Of a stretch of DNA of 64,000 nt, positions 29,709 to 40,013 are shown piece after piece. The notes beneath the pieces are model-generated. The model made no database searches. It saw only the letters and a list, made by a program, of their open reading frames with translations, and had not been told where the DNA came from. Position 1 is the stretch's first letter; the number at the start of each line of letters is the position of its first letter. This stretch comes from an uncultured delta proteobacterium (GTDB taxonomy: Bacteria; Desulfobacterota; Desulfomonilia; Desulfomonilales; Desulfomonilaceae). The DNA lies in contig CAWBKB010000001.1 in assembly GCA_963789265.1 (NCBI GenBank), forward strand, positions 1,344,001 through 1,408,000, written 5' to 3'. The position numbers and the translations under genes were made by a program.

Positions 29709-31181
29709 TTACGAAGCAGTCGATCCCTTCTCTTTGAGATTCAAAGCGTTTTTCACCAGTTGCTTTTCGCGGTCAAAGCTTACAATTCGCTGGAGCATGA
29801 TCTTCTGTGCCATGACAGGCCCTGCCCCGTGCCAGGTTCCTACGCCGTGCATTCCCGCGGTCCAGTGTTGCAGAAGCTTGTGAACCTTAAGTATGTTTTC
29901 GGTAGGTTCGTCCGAACCGAAGCTGAAGAATTCCTCCACGTAAGCCTTGGTCTCGGGATTCTTTAGCTCTTTCAGGGAAGGCATGGTAACCACAAGGCCC
30001 CCTCCGATATCTCCTGCAAGGGCCATTGTCCTCCAGAAGGCGTTGCATATATTGAGTTTGGCTACATTACCCATGATTTCGTCCGGCAGGAAGACGCCGG
30101 AGCCGACGGGATCTTCCGAGCCCATTTGGGCCGCAGCAAGCCCGCATGCACGGCCTGTCTCTCGAAGCACCACCATTTCCGTTATCTGCTCGTTGATGTG
30201 AGCGACCGTGTCCAGGCCCTTGTATTCCTGAACGAGCTTGCAGGCCCCGATGATCTGATTCATGAAGCCTACCTTGCAGGTCCCGCCACAGGTCATGCGA
30301 TGCGTTCTGGCGAAGCGCGAGACAAACTTGCCCGAAAACTTGTACTCGCCGCAATGAAAGACCCTGTGCCACGGAACAAACACATTGTCGAAAACCACCA
30401 TCGAAGTTTCACGCTGCCCGAACAGGGGATTACCCAGCTCGTAGATATCGTCGGCCAACTCTCTTTCCGCAGAGTAGGGGGAGTATTGGCATATATATGT
30501 GATACCCTCCGCGTCGACCGGCACGGCAAAAGCCACGGCATAAGCTTCTTCTCCTTCGCCGTGCGACGACTGCGGGAGGACTATCAGCTCGTGGCTGGCA
30601 TACGCGCCGCTGATGTTGATCTTGGCGCCTCGCACCACAATCCCGTCGCTTCTCTTTTCGACAATCTTTAAGGACAGGTATGGATCCGGCCAATCCAGGG
30701 TTTTCTTCTTGCGGCTCCCTCTGGGTTCTGTCAGGGCCCCGGCCACTGATAGGTCCTTTTCTTGAACCACCTTCAAGTATTCTATGAAGCGGGAATGATA
30801 TTCGGTGCCGAGCTTCCGATCCATCTCCCACGTGGTCGCGGCCAAGGAATGAAAAGCATCGTATCCGACACACCTGTAGATACAGGTACCTAACATTTCA
30901 GCGGTGAAAGTCCCGGCTTTGGCTTTGGAATCCAGGTCTTCGATGCTTGCGCTCACGTGAGTGTAACGGTTGACCGTATCGCCGATCAGAGGAGAACGGC
31001 ACGTCATGATGTCCTTGTATCTTGGGTCAAGAGCCCATTGATAGCTTGCCTTATTAGCCTCGACCACAGTGCGGGTATTTGGATTCTCGAGCACATTGCC
31101 CACGCGGTTGCCGTTCATAAATACTCTGGGGTTGCATTTCTTGAAGCTTGCTTCAAAAGCCTCCGGGGTCATTAAGGCCAT
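29709..31181 (-). CDS. 4-hydroxybutyryl-CoA dehydratase-like protein (AbfD/HpaB fold)
   Basis: GTCIYRCVG and THRMTCGGTCK Fe-S ligand patterns, GIVVRGAK, FDNVFVPW, HGAGP. Confidence 0.8.
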   Translation of the reverse strand: MALMTPEAFEASFKKCNPRVFMNGNRVGNVLENPNTRTVVEANKASYQWALDPRYKDIMTCRSPLIGDTVNRYTHVSASIEDLDSKAKAGTFTAEMLGTCIYRCVGYDAFHSLAATTWEMDRKLGTEYHSRFIEYLKVVQEKDLSVAGALTEPRGSRKKKTLDWPDPYLSLKIVEKRSDGIVVRGAKINISGAYASHELIVLPQSSHGEGEEAYAVAFAVPVDAEGITYICQYSPYSAERELADDIYELGNPLFGQRETSMVVFDNVFVPWHRVFHCGEYKFSGKFVSRFARTHRMTCGGTCKVGFMNQIIGACKLVQEYKGLDTVAHINEQITEMVVLRETGRACGLAAAQMGSEDPVGSGVFLPDEIMGNVAKLNICNAFWRTMALAGDIGGGLVVTMPSLKELKNPETKAYVEEFFSFGSDEPTENILKVHKLLQHWTAGMHGVGTWHGAGPVMAQKIMLQRIVSFDREKQLVKNALNLKEKGSTAS

Positions 31182-31191
31182 ATCTTGTCTC

Positions 31192-32019
31192 CTATTGCTT
31201 TTGTTCCGCCGGCAATGACTTGTCCGAAATGAGATTTTCCGGCGGGGTCAAGGTCGTATCCCTCTCCATCCGAGTCGAAACCTCCATCCTGACAGCTAGG
31301 ACCAGCACGTCGACTTGTGCAGCGCCGGCGCGCATAATAGTCTTGGACGCTTCGGCAATGGTTGAACCCGTAGTACTCACGTCATCCACCAGCAAGATGT
31401 TACGTCCCCGAATTCGGTCGGGACGCTTCACTCCGAACGAGCCCCGCAGATTTTTGACTCTTGCGGCTCTGGTGAGCCCCACCTGCGGCGCCGTATCCTT
31501 CACTTTTTGGAAAGAGGTGCGATCAAGGGGGATTCCGGTGTCCTTTGACAGCCTTTTCCCGAGTTCCACGACCTGGTTGAAGCCGCGTCGGATCAGTCTT
31601 GTCCTATGGATCGGTACAGGCACGATGAGATCAAAGTCTCCAGACTCAAAATGCCTTCGAAAAGCCTCGGTCAAGATAAGCGAGAGTGCAGGGGCTATAT
31701 GCAGGGCACCTGCGAACTTCAATCGCAACAGCGCGTCCCTGACAGTTCCTTGATAGTATACACCGTATCGGGCTCGCTCATACCGCGGTGGATCGGTAAG
31801 GCAGCGACCGCATCGGCCGGAGGGCGCGAGCGAAAGACCGGGAATAGGGAGACCGCACTGAATGCATATCGGTCCGCCGACCCGGTCAATGGAATCGCGG
31901 CAATCCTCGCACAGGGAAGCCCCTGACTCCACAGAGGCGGACTCACAAAAGCTGCATACCGGAGGGAAGAAAAGATCCGACAGGGCGTCTTTGAACAAAT
32001 GAAAGCCATTCCTTAGCAT
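31192..32019 (-). CDS. comF: ComF family protein (zinc ribbon plus PRTase)
   Basis: Four CxxC pairs, VPVPIH, RGFNQ, LVDDVSTTGST. Confidence 0.9.
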   Translation of the reverse strand: MLRNGFHLFKDALSDLFFPPVCSFCESASVESGASLCEDCRDSIDRVGGPICIQCGLPIPGLSLAPSGRCGRCLTDPPRYERARYGVYYQGTVRDALLRLKFAGALHIAPALSLILTEAFRRHFESGDFDLIVPVPIHRTRLIRRGFNQVVELGKRLSKDTGIPLDRTSFQKVKDTAPQVGLTRAARVKNLRGSFGVKRPDRIRGRNILLVDDVSTTGSTIAEASKTIMRAGAAQVDVLVLAVRMEVSTRMERDTTLTPPENLISDKSLPAEQKQ

Positions 32020-32105
32020 CAATCCAGTCTCCGTCAAGCACAACTAAGGGCCAGTTTGGTACGCCGCTTCAAAGTTAATTCGGCTCAGTCATTTTGCATG
32101 AGCAT

Positions 32106-32207
32106 GTAGGATGTGCTGAACCCTGCCAAGGCAGGGGAAGCGCATCGGCCGCGTACGCGCTCCGTCTTACACAATCGATGCGCTTCGCTTCGCTCAGCAC
32201 ATCCTAC
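32106..32207. repeat. GTAGGATG-type REP doublet
   Basis: GTAGGATGTGCTGA...TCAGCACATCCTAC; related arm at about 16515-16558. Confidence 0.7.
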
Positions 32208-32426
32208 AAAATTGCTGCTTAACTTAACGCGAATGCGCGGAACGCGGGATTTCACTCCTCGCAATGACACTGTCCTATAATCTGGTTCTTTGGCAACGAC
32301 ATAATTCCGAATCCTTTTTATCATAACATTCAATTCAGGGGCCGCGGCCTGCTTTTTTTGCAACGGAAAGTATATTTGAGATAGAATAGCCCCGTTCCGG
32401 CGATGAATGGGGAAATAAGGAAGAGA

Positions 32427-33209
32427 ATGCTGGAAACGGACCTCATAACTCTGATTACCGATTTCGGGACTCAAGACGGCTTCGTCGCTCAGATGAAGGG
32501 AATCATCCTGGGAATAAATCCGGCGGTCCGCCTGATCGACGCGACACATGACATTCAGCCCTTCTCTATTCTGCAAGGGGCGCTGGTGCTAAAGGGCATG
32601 TATCCGTATTTCCCAAGGGGAACTATACACGTAGCCGTCGTGGATCCCGGAGTGGGAAGCGACCGGAAAGGAATTGTGCTCCGTGCTGAGGGCCAAACGT
32701 TCGTGGGCCCGGACAATGGCTTATTCTCTTTGATTGTACCCGGAGATAAGTCCCGGGAAATCCGAGAGATCCAAAACCCTGCTTTCATGCTACCTGAACC
32801 TCATCCAACATTTCACGGCCGAGATATATTCGCTCCGACCGCGGCGCATCTTTCGGCCGGGAAACCTTTTCATGAAGTGGGGCCGCTCGTTGACCATCCG
32901 GTGAGGATTTCCATCCCTTCGGTCGAGAAGAATCCCCAAGGATTGGAAGGTGCGATAATTTATGTTGACCGATTCGGTAACCTGACCTCTAATATTAATA
33001 GCGGTATGCTGACCGGAACTGTGGGAAGCGTTTGCCTCGGTAACGTTGCCATTCAGAGGCTGAGCCGGTTCTTCGGAGAAGTTCCTCTAGGAGAGCCGTT
33101 GGCGTTGATCAACAGTTTCGGCCTGCTGGAAATAGCAGTCAATCGAGGTAATGCCTCACAGATGCTCGGAATCGGAAAAGACGAACCAGTAAGAGTTCTC
33201 TGGGCCTAG
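32427..33209 (+). CDS. SAM hydroxide adenosyltransferase / chlorinase-fluorinase family (DUF62)
   Basis: ITLITDFG, DATHDI, VVDPGVG, GPDNG, TFHGRDIF, DRFGN, LEIAVN. Confidence 0.9.
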   Translation: MLETDLITLITDFGTQDGFVAQMKGIILGINPAVRLIDATHDIQPFSILQGALVLKGMYPYFPRGTIHVAVVDPGVGSDRKGIVLRAEGQTFVGPDNGLFSLIVPGDKSREIREIQNPAFMLPEPHPTFHGRDIFAPTAAHLSAGKPFHEVGPLVDHPVRISIPSVEKNPQGLEGAIIYVDRFGNLTSNINSGMLTGTVGSVCLGNVAIQRLSRFFGEVPLGEPLALINSFGLLEIAVNRGNASQMLGIGKDEPVRVLWA

Positions 33210-33263
33210 ATTCTTAGTAGCGAATCGCCAAGTATCGGGCATACGGCCACGTAGTGTATTCAA

Positions 33264-34490
33264 ATGAAGAGCCACGCATTTGACAGACTACAGAAAAGTA
33301 ATGTGAAGAGACCGAGATTATTGGCTCTCACTACTTCCTATCCATCCGACGAGGACGACCCCTCCGGCGTGTTCATCGCTAAACTTCTCCGGGCCATTAA
33401 AGACAGAGGTTATCCCGTAAAGGTCGTGGCCCCTTCCAACGGGAGCTTCTACGGCCGGCGTTCCCTGGACGGTATTGACACGGTGCGGTTCGGATATTTC
33501 CGACCGCGATCCCTGGAGAAGTTGACGAGAGGCTCAGGCGGCATTCCCGAAAATATGGAGCGAAGCTTCCTGGCCCGGTTGCAGCTCTTACCTATGATGG
33601 CGGCTTTCCTGTATATTGCTCTACGCGAAGCCGGCGACACGGAGATCGTATACGCGAACTGGCTGGGCGCGGGGATAATCGGGGCCTTGGTGAATCTGTT
33701 TACCGGCCGGCCATTCATTGTCTCTTTCAGGGGGGACGACGGGTACCTGGCTCGAGATCGGCTTTTCTGGAGAGTGCTTACAAAGTGGGTCAGTCGGCGT
33801 TCCTCTGTTATAGCTCCTGTGAGTGGCGAAATTTTGCGAATCATGCTGGACCTCGGCCTTCCTGCCGAGAAATGTCACCTTCCCCGTTTCGGCGTGGATA
33901 CGGAAATGTTTCACCCCACCTCGAGCCCGCGTGATCCTGGGGAAGATGTGCGGCTTCTTTTCGTCGGCAGTCTTATCCTGAGGAAAGGGCTCCATGACCT
34001 TCTCGAAGCGCTCTCCGACCCCGCTCTGGACCGCGTCAGGCTTATCGTAGTCGGGGACGGGCCTCTCGCGTCCCGATATGCTGCTCTTTGCAATCGCTTC
34101 GGCCTGAGGAACCGTACCGAGTGGAAGGGCGCTGTTTCCCCTGCTGAAGTGGCCAGACTCATGCGCTCTTCCGATCTCCTTTGTCTGCCCAGTTACATGG
34201 AAGGAAGACCCAACGTGGTGAATGAGGCAATGGCATCGGCCTTGCCGGTGATCGCGACACGAATTGGAGGTATTCCCGATATGGTGGAGGAAGGAGAAAC
34301 TGCCTTCCTATACGATCCCGGCAACGTGGAGGAACTGCGCGAGCACATTCGGACTTTGGTCGCAGACGGGGAGTTGCGAAACCGGATGGGGAGGGCAGGG
34401 CACGAGTTTCTGATCAGTTCCGGCGTGAGCTGGGATTCCACCGCGGAAGAGTTCGATCTGCTCTTTTCTCGGCTGATGGAGCAAAGGTGA
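33264..34490 (+). CDS. Glycosyltransferase family 4
   Basis: LFVGSLILRKG, LPSYMEGRPNVVNEAMA. Confidence 0.9.
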   Translation: MKSHAFDRLQKSNVKRPRLLALTTSYPSDEDDPSGVFIAKLLRAIKDRGYPVKVVAPSNGSFYGRRSLDGIDTVRFGYFRPRSLEKLTRGSGGIPENMERSFLARLQLLPMMAAFLYIALREAGDTEIVYANWLGAGIIGALVNLFTGRPFIVSFRGDDGYLARDRLFWRVLTKWVSRRSSVIAPVSGEILRIMLDLGLPAEKCHLPRFGVDTEMFHPTSSPRDPGEDVRLLFVGSLILRKGLHDLLEALSDPALDRVRLIVVGDGPLASRYAALCNRFGLRNRTEWKGAVSPAEVARLMRSSDLLCLPSYMEGRPNVVNEAMASALPVIATRIGGIPDMVEEGETAFLYDPGNVEELREHIRTLVADGELRNRMGRAGHEFLISSGVSWDSTAEEFDLLFSRLMEQR

Positions 34491-34652
34491 GAAAAGAAAC
34501 AGGGGGATCACAGTCATTATCGGCCCCTGTTCGTGAAACAAAATGCGGCAGGTCAAGGATGAGGTAAGCGCTCGGAAACAACCTCGCTCCCGGTTTCGCC
34601 CCTGAAGCCGGAACGCTAGCAATGAAGCCGACTGCAACCCGACAGCCTCTAT

Positions 34653-35090
34653 CTACTTGAACCGCTTTGTCGCATCCGAGTAGGCCTTGTGCAAATCATC
34701 AACCGCCTTGCCCATTCCGGTTTTGAGCTTACCCCACACTGTACCCGAGGAGGCCCGCAGTTCTTGCAATTTTTTCTCGGCCGCGTCCTGCTGCTTCTTG
34801 AGAGTAGCGATACTCGATTGGATTTTCGTATAGGCCTCGCCTTGGGCGGTCTTTGCCTGTTCTTTCAGTTTCTCCATCATCTTGGAAGCATCAGCTAGCT
34901 TGCTTTGAATCACATTGATATAATTCTCTTTTTCCTGCGCATTAGGCGTCGCCGCTTTTTGTTGGGGCTCCGACGTTCCCTGTTTAACTCCTGGTTTAGG
35001 AGCGACACCTTTCTCCGCCGCAAAGCTCAATCCCGCTACGGCAAAGAACAGAATCAATAGAAATGTTCCGATCAGTTTAATTGTTTCCAT
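34653..35090 (-). CDS. Secreted coiled-coil protein
   Basis: Signal peptide, helical K/Q/A-rich body, GAGGAG RBS. Confidence 0.75.
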   Translation of the reverse strand: METIKLIGTFLLILFFAVAGLSFAAEKGVAPKPGVKQGTSEPQQKAATPNAQEKENYINVIQSKLADASKMMEKLKEQAKTAQGEAYTKIQSSIATLKKQQDAAEKKLQELRASSGTVWGKLKTGMGKAVDDLHKAYSDATKRFK

Positions 35091-35322
35091 GTGTACTCCT
35101 CATCAATTGTAGTTAGTCATAATATACATTGTTGTTTTAGACAGGCCAAGAGAAAAAAGGTTTGCGACTCGTTTCACGGTCGCCGGCCACGTTCATTGTC
35201 TAAGATCTACCTTAACCGCGTGCATCAACATTCCCAAATTTGCTTGGCGGTCTGGGTTCTGTGGGTTCTTTTCCGGGCAGGGTCTGAAATCCAGATTCGA
35301 ATGACCAACGATGATTTTTTTG

Positions 35323-35357
35323 TTGCAAAGAGATCAAATGTTCCCTATAGTGAGAAC
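35323..35357 (+). promoter_or_regulatory. lexA promoter with candidate SOS operator
   Basis: TTGCAA, 17 bp, TATAGT; GATC-AAAT-GTTC at 35332-35343; ATGTTC-N10-GAACAT palindrome. Confidence 0.6.
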
Positions 35358-35972
35358 ATGGCAATCACCACGAGACAAACGGAAATTCTCCACTTCATCG
35401 CCAATTTTCAAGCCCGCGAAGGTTTTCCTCCATCCGTGAGGGAGATCTGTAAAGCATTGGGGCTTGTATCGCCGGGAAGTCTGCTCAAGCATTTGCGAGC
35501 ATTGGAACTGCAAGGACTACTTAGCGGGACTCCAGGCAGGAAGCGAGCCTGGAAACTGACCGGCCGGCCCCCGCAAGTTTCTGTCCCCTTGATCGGCCGG
35601 ATTGCCGCAGGCACTCCTATCCTTGCCGAAGAGAACAGAGAAACCGATCTGCCTGTTGACCCAAAACTGTTCGGATCTGAAAAGGTCTTTGCCCTGTGGG
35701 TCAAAGGAGATTCCATGATAGACGCCCAGATTCGCGACGGAGACTTCGCAATTATTCGACCGCAAAATGAAGCGGAAGAGGGGGAAATCGTCGCGGTCCT
35801 AGTGGAAGGAGTGGAACCTGAGGCTACTCTTAAGGCACTTCGCCGGACCAATGAAGGCCTGGAGCTTCATTCCGCGAATGACGCTTATCCTCCGCTGATC
35901 TTTAAAGGCTCGGATCAGGCCAAGGTGAGGATTCTGGGGAAATTGGTCGGGATTATACGCCCGAGACCGTAA
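35358..35972 (+). CDS. lexA: SOS repressor LexA
   Basis: GFPPSVREI, IAAG cleavage site, VKGDSM serine, ATLK lysine. Confidence 0.93.
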   Translation: MAITTRQTEILHFIANFQAREGFPPSVREICKALGLVSPGSLLKHLRALELQGLLSGTPGRKRAWKLTGRPPQVSVPLIGRIAAGTPILAEENRETDLPVDPKLFGSEKVFALWVKGDSMIDAQIRDGDFAIIRPQNEAEEGEIVAVLVEGVEPEATLKALRRTNEGLELHSANDAYPPLIFKGSDQAKVRILGKLVGIIRPRP

Positions 35973-36017
35973 AGTTTTCCACGCGGATATCGAAAATTCC
36001 TACTTGAGCAGTTAGTT

Positions 36018-36116
36018 CTGGTTCCCAAGCTCTGCCGGGGAACCCATATCTCGCGGGCTCTGCCCGCAAACCGGCTTCATTTCACCATCATAGTCGAGGC
36101 AGAGCCTGGGAACGAG
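36018..36116. repeat. GTTCCCA..GCTCTGC-type REP doublet
   Basis: CTGGTTCCCAAGCTCTGCC...GGCAGAGCCTGGGAACGAG. Confidence 0.65.
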
Positions 36117-36161
36117 AAAATGTAGGCGGGTATGGCGAGATGTAGGGGCGGGTTTCAAACC

Positions 36162-36336
36162 CAATGCTGTTGACTTAAGCCGGACGTCTCTTGCCCAGGA
36201 GCTTTTCCTTCGACGAGGCCTTGACCTCGTCATTCCGGCGGAGGCCGGAATCCAGGTTTTCCTAATCTCCCCTGGACCCCGGCCTTCGCCGGGGTCCAGG
36301 TGGGGTAGATGGAGGTCCCTTAATTCAACAGCATTG
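36162..36336. mobile_element. IS4-like MITE copy 2 (175 bp), inverted relative to copy 1
   Basis: TIR CAATGCTGTTGACTTAAG / CTTAATTCAACAGCATTG. Duplication GGTTTCAAACC at 36151-36161 and 36337-36347. The body is a diverged reverse complement of 5249-5422. Confidence 0.85.
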
Positions 36337-36355
36337 GGTTTCAAACCCGCCCCGA

Positions 36356-37510
36356 CTATTCATAGCCGGGAGGGAGAGTCTGAGCGACTCCCAGGGCCAA
36401 AACCGGGAAAATGGTCATACTATACAACGCGGTGCCGAGGTTCCAATGGTCTGCAATAAATCCGAAGAGAGGCACAGCTACTCCCCCGAGGCCGATTGCG
36501 AGCCCCAGAGTCACACCCGATGCCACTCCGATACGGGACCGCAAATACCCCTGTCCCATGACCACCGATACCGTGGAACTTGCTGTAGTGTTTACACCCA
36601 CCAGGCCAAGACAGACCAATCCTATAATTCCCGGCTCAGCCATAAACCCCAAGAGAAGCAAAGGAATGGCCGCAAGGGTACCGACCAGGACGGATTTTAG
36701 CCCTATACGGTCCCCAATATATCCGCCTATGACTGCTCCCACTGCGCCCGACACTAACATGACCGTCAACGCGCCGTTTGCTTCAGCGATGGATGCCCCG
36801 CGCACTTTCACGTAGTAAAGAGGTATGAAGCTCATCAGCCCGAAAAACACGGACGTTCTCAGCACGATCACCGCGGTGAGTCGCGCGAAAGGGCCCCATG
36901 GAGTCCGATTCTCGGATGCTTCGGACTTCGGCCCCGGAACTGGAGGCCGAAACTTGATGAGGTGAGGCAATTCCCGCATGAGCCACAGCGCTGCAACAGT
37001 TGTAGGCAAAGCCATCCACATAGTGCCCGGAAGGCCAAAGGTTAGGATTAAAGGCGTCACCAAAATGGGTCCAAGTGCGAACCCAACTGTTCCTCCGACT
37101 GTGAAGAAACTCATCCCGGTGGCTCGTTGCCTGGACACATAATTGGCAAAACGCGACCCCTCGGGATGAAAAGCCGCAACACCAGCGCCGCTCAAGAGCA
37201 CGCTCGCCACAATGAGCCAGTATGACGGAGCTAATCCGGCAAGGGCAATGCCAAGCCCTCCTGTAAGCACACCGACGGGCATCAACCACGGGAGAGGATG
37301 ACGATCGGAGTAAAATCCCAGAAACGGCTGAATCAGAGAAGAGATGAGAGTCGCTGCGAGGACCACTCCCGCGGCAGCGGTGTATGAAAGACCGCGGGTT
37401 ACGACGAGGCTGGGGAGCAAAGCCGGGACAGCTCCTTGATTTACATCATTGAACATGTGACTGATCGCCAGAAGGACCAGTGCACGATAGTCCATGTCGT
37501 TTTCGTTCAC
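36356..37510 (-). CDS. MFS transporter (Fsr-like)
   Basis: SHMFND, QPFLGFYSDR, AAFHPEG, GGYIGDRIG. Confidence 0.9.
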   Translation of the reverse strand: MNENDMDYRALVLLAISHMFNDVNQGAVPALLPSLVVTRGLSYTAAAGVVLAATLISSLIQPFLGFYSDRHPLPWLMPVGVLTGGLGIALAGLAPSYWLIVASVLLSGAGVAAFHPEGSRFANYVSRQRATGMSFFTVGGTVGFALGPILVTPLILTFGLPGTMWMALPTTVAALWLMRELPHLIKFRPPVPGPKSEASENRTPWGPFARLTAVIVLRTSVFFGLMSFIPLYYVKVRGASIAEANGALTVMLVSGAVGAVIGGYIGDRIGLKSVLVGTLAAIPLLLLGFMAEPGIIGLVCLGLVGVNTTASSTVSVVMGQGYLRSRIGVASGVTLGLAIGLGGVAVPLFGFIADHWNLGTALYSMTIFPVLALGVAQTLPPGYE

Positions 37511-37771
37511 AAATGCTCCTCTTTCTCGCCCATCAAGCGATCGCGGATCTCAAAATTGTCGATGGACTCCGTCCGGGAACTCAGGGGCGGCCGGCCTCAG
37601 ACCGGTCATTCGGGACATCGATCATTAATTCTGAGAATCGACAAATTTCCGTAATTTGGCGGGCCACGCGGTGAGTTCCGAGTCATGCGCAGACCATATC
37701 AGTATAGGTGGACAGATATTGATGTCCAATATATTATTGGTACCGTATTAAGACTCTAAAGGTATCAATAC

Positions 37772-38686
37772 ATGGAACTCCGCCACCTGCGCTATTTTAT
37801 AGCTGTGGCCGAAGAACTTCATTTCGGACGCGCGGCGGAAAAGGTACATATTGCTCAGCCTCCACTTAGCAGACAAATACAGCAGTTGGAGGAAGAGATA
37901 GGCGTCAAGCTATTCCATCGGACCAGGCGTAGCGTGCGTCTGACACACGCGGGAAATACATTCCTGGAAGAAGCCCGCAAAGTCATTGATCTGTCTGAAA
38001 GAGCCGTCCGTCTGGCACAAAGGGCCAAGCAAGGGGAGATCGGTCGGCTGGTCGTGAGTTTTGTGGGTTCCGCGATTTACAGCTTTGTTCCGTCGGCTTT
38101 ACGATCTTTTCGGGAACTCTTTCCGGATGTGGAACTAGTGTTGCGGGAATTTCCGACTGACCAGCAACTGGAGGCTTTCCGCGAAGGGGCTGTCCAGGTG
38201 GGCTTCCTTCGTCAGCCAATCAATGACGATGCGTTATTTATTGAGACTATTCTTCGAGAACCTTTGAGACTTGCCGTCCCGGCGGATCATCCCTTGGCCT
38301 CCACCCCACGCGCTGAGTTGGAAATGCTGGCGAAAGAGCCCTTTGTCATGTACTCGCGGCAACAGGGAACAGCCTTCTACGGAGAGATCATGAGCTTGTG
38401 CCATCGGGCGGGTTTCAGTCCGAAGGTGGTCCAGGAAGCGCTTCAGATGCCAACCGTTCTGGGGTTGGTATCTGTGGGCATAGGAGTGGCAATCGTTCCG
38501 GGATCAGTCCAAAATCTTCAGATGCCCGGTGTTGTTTACAGGGTTCTAACTGGAGTACACCAAACAACCGAGCTTGCCATGGCTTGGAGAAGAGACGATG
38601 AGTCGCCTGTCTCGCAAGCCTTCCTGAATGTGGCAAGAGGAATCGCCATGCAGTCCGGAACTCGCGGTCTGTACCAGCATGTCTGA
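37772..38686 (+). CDS. LysR family regulator
   Basis: MELRHLRYFIAVAEELHFGRAA..HIAQPPLSRQI; divergent from the MFS gene. Confidence 0.95.
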   Translation: MELRHLRYFIAVAEELHFGRAAEKVHIAQPPLSRQIQQLEEEIGVKLFHRTRRSVRLTHAGNTFLEEARKVIDLSERAVRLAQRAKQGEIGRLVVSFVGSAIYSFVPSALRSFRELFPDVELVLREFPTDQQLEAFREGAVQVGFLRQPINDDALFIETILREPLRLAVPADHPLASTPRAELEMLAKEPFVMYSRQQGTAFYGEIMSLCHRAGFSPKVVQEALQMPTVLGLVSVGIGVAIVPGSVQNLQMPGVVYRVLTGVHQTTELAMAWRRDDESPVSQAFLNVARGIAMQSGTRGLYQHV

Positions 38687-38843
38687 AGTCTCGGAGATTA
38701 GGGACGTTTCTCCGGGCAGTTCAAATGCAACGGTTCTCGAACTTAATGACCTGAATAGCGAATGGCTCTGCGGTGTCGGTGGTCTTGCCGGGCCCAGTCG
38801 AGCGGGCATCTTACCCGCCGGATATCGTGAGGCGCACCGAGTT

Positions 38844-38927
38844 CAATAGGGTAGGCATCTTGCCGACCGTCGAGAATCTGGGGGGGACGCCAATCCTACC
38901 AGTGCGGGCAGGATGCCCACCCTACTG
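38844..38927. repeat. GGCATCTTGCC-core REP doublet
   Basis: CAATAGGGTAGGCATCTTGCCGACC...GCGGGCAGGATGCCCACCCTACTG. Confidence 0.65.
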
Positions 38928-39041
38928 AAGCCGGAAACCCATGAGTTCTGTGCCCGAGTTTCGGAAAAGCTTCTTGGCCCTTTAACGAAAGGCGGGTTCC
39001 TCCGTCAAAATTGATAAGAAATTAAAAACGGAGGAATTTCC

Positions 39042-39593
39042 ATGAACAAGCGCGTACTGTTACTGGTCTCGATGGCCGCCCTGTTGTCGATGAGCCTCGT
39101 ACCCGTTATTTACGGTGCTCAAGACAAGCCGGTAGGGCCACCTGCTTCTTCGGCCATGCGAGGCGCAGGCCCGGATTCGTTCCACCCTGGAATGGGATGC
39201 ATGATGGCCAAGTGGCATCATAAGTTTTCTCTGAAGGCAATTCTGAAGAAACTCGGTATAACCGACGAGCAGAAGTCGAAGATACGTGCTCTATACGTGG
39301 GATTTCGGGATCAAACCCGTAAGACCCGTATGGGACTGTTGTCTCTCCGGGACGAAAAAAAGACTATGATGCTCTCCGGAAAAGTCGATCAGACAAAACT
39401 CGCTCAGATGGACGATCAAATTGTCAAGCTCGTGAGCGACGTATTGAAAGAGAAGCTCAAACTGAGGAGAGATATTCTTGCTCAGTTGACGCCCGAGCAG
39501 CTAGGGCGTATCGCGGACTGGAAGGCAGGAAAGATGTTCCACCGTAGAATGGAGATGATGCACCGCTTGGGCGGGAAACGCCATGGTTTTTAA
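39042..39593 (+). CDS. Spy/CpxP-like periplasmic protein
   Basis: Signal peptide, two LTxxQ-type motifs (ITDEQ, LTPEQ). Confidence 0.82.
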   Translation: MNKRVLLLVSMAALLSMSLVPVIYGAQDKPVGPPASSAMRGAGPDSFHPGMGCMMAKWHHKFSLKAILKKLGITDEQKSKIRALYVGFRDQTRKTRMGLLSLRDEKKTMMLSGKVDQTKLAQMDDQIVKLVSDVLKEKLKLRRDILAQLTPEQLGRIADWKAGKMFHRRMEMMHRLGGKRHGF

Positions 39594-40013
39594 TGCGGTG
39601 AATGGTGACTCCGGAGATTGATCCCTCCGGCAGGAGCTCCAGGGGATGTCGCGCATACGCGACTTCCCCTATAGGGGGCAAACTACTAAGATGGCGTCTT
39701 CAGTTTCATACGCGGCTCACTCTTCCACTTCCTACCCCCATCGCGGGCGGTAAGCGCAGAGCCTCAATGTCTGAGCGATAGATTACTAGAGATCTCTTGC
39801 GGCCGATAATGCATGCTGCTTTAACGCCTGTAAGGCCACTTCCCAAACGGATTTTGTGCCTTCATTTGACGCATCCGGTGCAACCGCGGCGTTAGCCTTG
39901 GGGACGGAACCAACCACTTCTAACTTGACCCCTCCACGGCGACAAATCACGGGGCTGTCATTAGTGTGTCCTTCAGGAAAACGTGTCGCGGCAAGCCATC
40001 TTTGAGGCGAGAG

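Noticed and set aside
32060..32237. AAGTTAA/TTAACTT possible IS ends around a REP doublet
   Set aside because: Only a short match and no target duplication
32427..33209. True fluorinase/chlorinase
   Set aside because: No halometabolite context, and the TFHGRD motif fits the common DUF62 hydrolase
35091..35357. N-terminal extension of LexA in the ORF track
   Set aside because: Not homologous to LexA; a promoter lies directly before ATG 35358
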